Shown here piece by piece: positions 15,894-20,004 of a DNA stretch of 20,004 bases (its first letter is position 1; every line of letters starts with the position of its first letter). The position numbers and the translations under genes were made by a program. The DNA comes from Elusimicrobiota bacterium (GTDB lineage: Bacteria > Elusimicrobiota > Elusimicrobia > UBA1565): NCBI GenBank assembly GCA_043819795.1, contig JBDREN010000154.1, positions 1 through 20,004 on the forward strand, in the 5' to 3' direction. The notes below the pieces were generated by a model. It saw only the letters and a list, made by a program, of their open reading frames with translations. It was not told the origin of the DNA and ran no database searches.

Positions 15894-17543
15894 TCAGCGG
15901 GAGCGCTTGTACCGCCACTCCAGGAAGTTCTTGCGCAGGAATACGATTAAGAAGAAGGCGAGCAGCGTGGATCCGATGAAGTCGAAGTCGAAGCCGAAGA
16001 ACATCAGGCCGAACACGCCCGCCATGAGGACGGCCGTCGCCTGATTGACTCTCCACAGGAACGCCTTGCCCAGGCTGTCGAAATGCTCGGGGCCGAGCAT
16101 GAACTCGCTAACGTCTTCGGTGGCGACCGTCTCCCGGCGGTCGGGCAGCATGTGGGCGGCCGTGAAGCTCAGCAGGTAGGCGGCCGACCCGATGAGGATG
16201 AGCATGCTGATGGACAGGTTGGCGCCCGCCTGGGCCTGTATGCCGAAGACCCCTTCCTGGACCGAGCGCATGAAGCCGTACTCCAGGCCGTGGGTGTAGA
16301 GCCACGAGCCGGAGGCGTAGGAGAAGGAGTAGGCCAGGTTCGCCACGGACATGAAGCCGGCGAAGAGCGCCCCCGCGGCTTTCGCCGGGATCACCGCCCC
16401 AACCAGGCTGAAGGTGCTCATGCGGGTGAAGCCGATGAAGGTGTACAGGAACAGGTTGTAGACGCACATGAAGCCCACGCGCACCTGGTCGCGGGACGCG
16501 AAGGGGAATGTGGCCCCGAGCCAATCGGCTATCCGGGTGAAGTAGGGGTCCACCATCAGGTACTGGGTGAGGTTGGCCAGGATGCTCAGGATGATGACGA
16601 TCTGGAAGACCCGCTTCAGGCCGAAGCCGTCCTGCCAGCGCACCCCGTATTTCGCGAACACCAGCACACCGATCAGGTAGCCGACGTAGGTGGCGCCGTC
16701 GCCGATGCCGATCTGGGTCTGCGTGAACCCGAGGGTCTTGATCTGGTAGTTGACCCACAGGGCGCCCATGGCCGGCTGGAAGTGGAACAGGAAGTAGAAG
16801 AGGATGATCCACAGGACCGGCCCGGTGTTGAGCCCCGCCCAGAAGTTGCCGACGGACTCGCGCAGCGGGATGGTCGCGCCCTGGTCCTTGGGGAGCTGGA
16901 GCACGACGATGAGGACCAGCAGGGGCACGAAGCCCAGGCAGACCATGAGCCATTTGAAGGGCGCGTTGTCGGCGATCCAGCCGCCGGCCACGGCCGAGAC
17001 GATGCTCGTGCCGTATATGGCCGCCCAGCAGATGGCCTGGTTGAGGCCGACCGTCGTGGACTTGGATTGGCCCGTGGCCTGGGCCTCCTGGTCTCCCTCG
17101 ACGACCGTGGCGCGGTCGACCGCCACGTCCGTGGCCGCCAGGAACACGGAGAGGACGAACATGTACCAGAAGAAGATGTTCACGCTTACGTCCACGACCG
17201 GGCTGAAGAAGAAGAGGAATACCGCGGCCGAGAGCAGCAGCGTGAGGATGATCTTGGTCTTGCCGTAGGCGTCGATGAGGAAGCCGAGGATCGGCTTGAA
17301 GCTCCATGCCAGGTACGAGCGGGAGAAGAGGTTCTGGGTCGCGGCCTCATTGAGGCCGTAGTCCACCGTGAAATGCTTGAAGAAGGGCTGGTAGGTGATC
17401 CCCTGGAAGGGGTTGGCCAGTCCCTGGAGGATGTACTCCATGGCGAAGACGACCTTGATGGGGTTCATCCCCATAAAGCCGCTCCCGGCGTCGTTTCCCG
17501 TCTTGCCGGCGTCCTCGCCGGCGGTATTCTTCGCCTCGGCCAT
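15894..17543 (-). CDS. MFS transporter, BT1/folate-biopterin transporter-like (549 aa)
   Basis: YILQGL, LAWSFKPILGFLID, AATDVAVD, ALFAGFMSVANL; 12 or more TM helices. The likely start is ATG 17543 after TGcTAGCAT (17575-17567), not 18308. Confidence 0.82.
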   Translation of the reverse strand: MAEAKNTAGEDAGKTGNDAGSGFMGMNPIKVVFAMEYILQGLANPFQGITYQPFFKHFTVDYGLNEAATQNLFSRSYLAWSFKPILGFLIDAYGKTKIILTLLLSAAVFLFFFSPVVDVSVNIFFWYMFVLSVFLAATDVAVDRATVVEGDQEAQATGQSKSTTVGLNQAICWAAIYGTSIVSAVAGGWIADNAPFKWLMVCLGFVPLLVLIVVLQLPKDQGATIPLRESVGNFWAGLNTGPVLWIILFYFLFHFQPAMGALWVNYQIKTLGFTQTQIGIGDGATYVGYLIGVLVFAKYGVRWQDGFGLKRVFQIVIILSILANLTQYLMVDPYFTRIADWLGATFPFASRDQVRVGFMCVYNLFLYTFIGFTRMSTFSLVGAVIPAKAAGALFAGFMSVANLAYSFSYASGSWLYTHGLEYGFMRSVQEGVFGIQAQAGANLSISMLILIGSAAYLLSFTAAHMLPDRRETVATEDVSEFMLGPEHFDSLGKAFLWRVNQATAVLMAGVFGLMFFGFDFDFIGSTLLAFFLIVFLRKNFLEWRYKRSR

Positions 17544-17740
17544 GATGCGCGTCCGTCGCGGGGAAAATGCTAGCAAATGTAGGGAGGAACCGGGACATCC
17601 GGAGAGACCGCTTCCACCGGCTCGGGAACGGGCTCCCGAAGGGGCGGACCCGGCGAAGCCCCGCTTTGGAGCGCGCGTTTGAATCGGGGTCTCGCGCGGG
17701 CGCCGAGCGCCGGTTATCCTAATGGGGGGCGTTCCTTGAT

Positions 17741-18398
17741 ATGCGGTCCATGATCCTCGTCCTGCTGCTGTCCCCCCGCGGCCGCGTGCGCGGGCCTCGC
17801 CGTGTCCACCGAGCCGCCGGCGGCGTCCCCGCCCGCCGCCGAACCCGCCCGGAGCACGGCGTCCGTGCGGGCCGGCCAGCCGGAGGCCTCCGGCTTCAGC
17901 CTGGAGTTCCTGCACGATCGCAGGGACACGAGGGTGGACCCGCGCTGCAGCCTGCGCTGGGACATGGATGACGTCCAGAGGCTTCCCCAGACCACGACCA
18001 GGCTTCTGCAGGATCCGATCGGGGCTCTGCAGCGGACGGGCGCGGACCTGACCCGCGGAGCCAATATCGGCGTGTACGGGCTGAGGATCCGGCCGTCCCG
18101 GATCATTTGGCTCGAGCGGGCGGCTCCCGAGGAGGCCGGCGGGCTCGGCGCCGCAGGCGAGGATCCGGGCCGCAGGCGCCTTCGACTGTCCTTGACCCCG
18201 GTGATCGAGGACATCCGCCGCGACCTGGCCGGCGCGATCCACCGCCAGCTCCTGGTCGAGGGGTTCGACGCCGCCATGCCCGCCTACAGGGGGGCGTCCT
18301 ACGAGCAAAAGAAGGCCATCACGGACGACGCGCTGAGGGCGGTCGAGGATCTCGGCATCAAGACGCCGGAATTCCCCGAGTTGCCTCTGGTGGAGTAG
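17741..18398 (+). pseudogene. Secreted hypothetical protein interrupted by a +1 frameshift in a C6 run
   Basis: Removing one C from 17772-17777 joins MRSMILVLLLSP to AAACAGLAVSTEPPAA..., giving one 218-aa ORF with a well-formed signal peptide. Confidence 0.7.
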
Positions 18399-18468
18399 CC
18401 TCGTCCGCCGGACCGATGGAGTCGCGAGCGCGCCAATTGGCTACAATACGCCCCTGAGGCGACCGACC

Positions 18469-19035
18469 ATGGCCCCGAGGAAAGTCTGCGTCTACTGCGC
18501 GTCCAGCCGCCGGGTGCATTCCGAATACTTCGACGCCGCCGGCAGGCTCGGCCGCCTGCTGGCCAAGAACGGGTTCACGGTCGTCTACGGGGGCGGCTCC
18601 GTGGGCCTGATGGGCGCCCTCGCGGACGCGGCGCTGTCCGAAGGCGGCGAGGTGAGGGGGATCATCCCGCGCTTCATGGAAGAGCTGGAATGGGGGCACA
18701 AGGGCGTCAGCGAGCTCGTCGTCGTCTCCGACATCCATGAGCGCAAGCGCCTCATGATGGAGGGCGCTCAGGCCCTGTGCGCCCTGCCGGGCGGCTCGGG
18801 CACCTTCGAGGAGCTCCTGGAGGCGATCACCTGGAAGCGCCTCGGCCTGTTCGGCAATCCGATCCTCATCGTGAACGTCCGGGGGTATTTCGACCATCTG
18901 GTCCGGCAGCTGGAGCACGCGGTGGCGGAGGGTTTCCTGGAGGACCGCCACCGCGCCCTGTGGACGGTGGTGGATTCCCCCGAGCAGGCGCTCGCGGCGA
19001 TCGGGTCCGCGCCCGCGGGCGACGGAGGGGGCTGA
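18469..19035 (+). CDS. LOG family (TIGR00730-type) nucleotide phosphoribohydrolase
   Basis: VCVYCASS, VYGGGSVGLMG, HERKRLM, ALPGGSGTFEELLEAITW (PGGxGTxEE motif). TACAAT at 18442-18447. Confidence 0.93.
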   Translation: MAPRKVCVYCASSRRVHSEYFDAAGRLGRLLAKNGFTVVYGGGSVGLMGALADAALSEGGEVRGIIPRFMEELEWGHKGVSELVVVSDIHERKRLMMEGAQALCALPGGSGTFEELLEAITWKRLGLFGNPILIVNVRGYFDHLVRQLEHAVAEGFLEDRHRALWTVVDSPEQALAAIGSAPAGDGGG

Positions 19036-19042
19036 ACGCGAG

Positions 19043-19081
19043 AAGCCGCGGGCTCCCTTGGAAGCCCGCGGCTTGCGCTTT
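19043..19081. terminator. Hairpin terminator between convergent genes
   Basis: 12-bp perfect stem aagccgcgggct (19043-19054) / agcccgcggctt (19063-19074) with only a short T run after it. Confidence 0.7.
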
Positions 19082-19096
19082 ACTTGAGGGGTATCC

Positions 19097-19804
19097 CTAG
19101 TTCAGGGGACCGGCGATCATGTCGGGCGAGACGCGGCAGAGGATTCCGCCGTCCGCCTCGGCATCATCGCTTCCGGGACCGGAGTACTCAGAGAACTGGT
19201 AGACGCCCGACGATCCGACGAGCCTGCCCTTGAGGTCCTTGGTCTCGACGCCGTACTTCCCCGCCTTATAGACGGTCCTTTTCACCGCGCGGTTGTCGAA
19301 GATCCAGTCGACGGCGACCGAGGTCGGCCTGATGGCGTCCGGGCCGCTCTGCGGGTCGGAGGTGTAGTAGAACCAGACATGCAGCTTGCTGACGCCGGGG
19401 CTCGCCGACTTGGCGGCGACGCGGACCGCGGGGCTTTTCAGGGCCGCGGCCAATCCGACCGACTGCGAGCGGAAACAGCGCTGGGTGGACTGGAGCCCGC
19501 TCTGCTTCGCGCGCCCCGGCCACTTCCAACTCGAGGGGTCCTGGGGGTCCTGGATGGAGATCGTCGCGTCCACGGGGAACGGGGGCAGGACCTCTCCCAT
19601 GGAGGCCGGCCCCTGCGGCATCGACGCGCGTCCGGGCCGCGCCGCGCTGATCAGTATCCCCGGGCCGTATTGCGCGCCCCGCTGCCGGGCCTCTTCAAGG
19701 ACGCCCTTGGCATCGCCCAGCTCGGCCGCGCTCGCCTGGTTCCAAGAGGAGTAGAATCCGGTCAAGAGCGCCGCTGCCGCCGCCGTCAAGATCTGTTTAT
19801 TCAT
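19097..19804 (-). CDS. Secreted hypothetical protein (235 aa)
   Basis: GGGAGG precedes ATG 19804; signal-like MNKQILTAAAAALLTGFYSSWNQASA; two Cys; no recognised domain. Confidence 0.72.
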   Translation of the reverse strand: MNKQILTAAAAALLTGFYSSWNQASAAELGDAKGVLEEARQRGAQYGPGILISAARPGRASMPQGPASMGEVLPPFPVDATISIQDPQDPSSWKWPGRAKQSGLQSTQRCFRSQSVGLAAALKSPAVRVAAKSASPGVSKLHVWFYYTSDPQSGPDAIRPTSVAVDWIFDNRAVKRTVYKAGKYGVETKDLKGRLVGSSGVYQFSEYSGPGSDDAEADGGILCRVSPDMIAGPLN

Positions 19805-20004
19805 GTTCGCCTCCCTCATGGGATCAGGATAGCCGCGGATATCCGAGCCGCCAGGTGGCCTTAGCCTGAAGTTCCCCTTCGAATAGGGCCGAGAATTCCG
19901 CAAAACCTCCACGAACATAAGCTGAATGCTGGTTTCTCCTTGTCTATTATGTACCCATGTAGTTTTATTCTGCCGCTTGCTATGGGAAGCAGATATTGCT
20001 ATAC

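Noticed and set aside
17583..17690. GC-rich stems between the MFS gene and the secreted-protein gene
   Set aside because: Stems are short (5-6 bp) and expected by chance at this GC content.
17544..18308. 255-aa N-terminal extension of the MFS ORF, and similar extensions of the ORFs starting at 14220, 11351, 8301 and 19918
   Set aside because: Low-complexity Arg/Gly/Pro sequence that overlaps other genes or intergenic elements; better starts with an RBS, -10 box or stop-start overlap exist downstream.

Overview
High-GC bacterial chromosomal window, mostly ordinary genes. From left to right: a truncated yhcG/DUF1016 remnant just past the 3' end of tRNA-Asp(GTC); a small ORF and tRNA-Val(TAC); a divergent pair of a membrane histidine kinase and a REC-HisKA-HATPase hybrid; an operon resembling the lower half of reductive pyrimidine/beta-alanine catabolism (beta-ureidopropionase-type nitrilase, aldehyde dehydrogenase, class III aminotransferase, stand-alone cNMP-binding-fold protein); a PutP-like Na+/solute symporter; a MacA/MacB-like adaptor and permease with no ATPase; a degenerate GHKL-like protein; a BT1/FBT-like MFS transporter; a frameshifted secreted protein; a LOG-family protein; and a secreted hypothetical protein. 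The most notable structure the ORF track does not explain is a ~170-bp diverged, indel-free direct repeat of the symporter's 3' end (10297-10466 vs 11443-11612). The two copies bracket a ~1-kb islet containing one secreted acidic protein gene and a nested inverted-repeat element. No integrase, transposase, CRISPR array or reverse transcriptase is visible. All family calls come from motif recognition by eye, with no database search.
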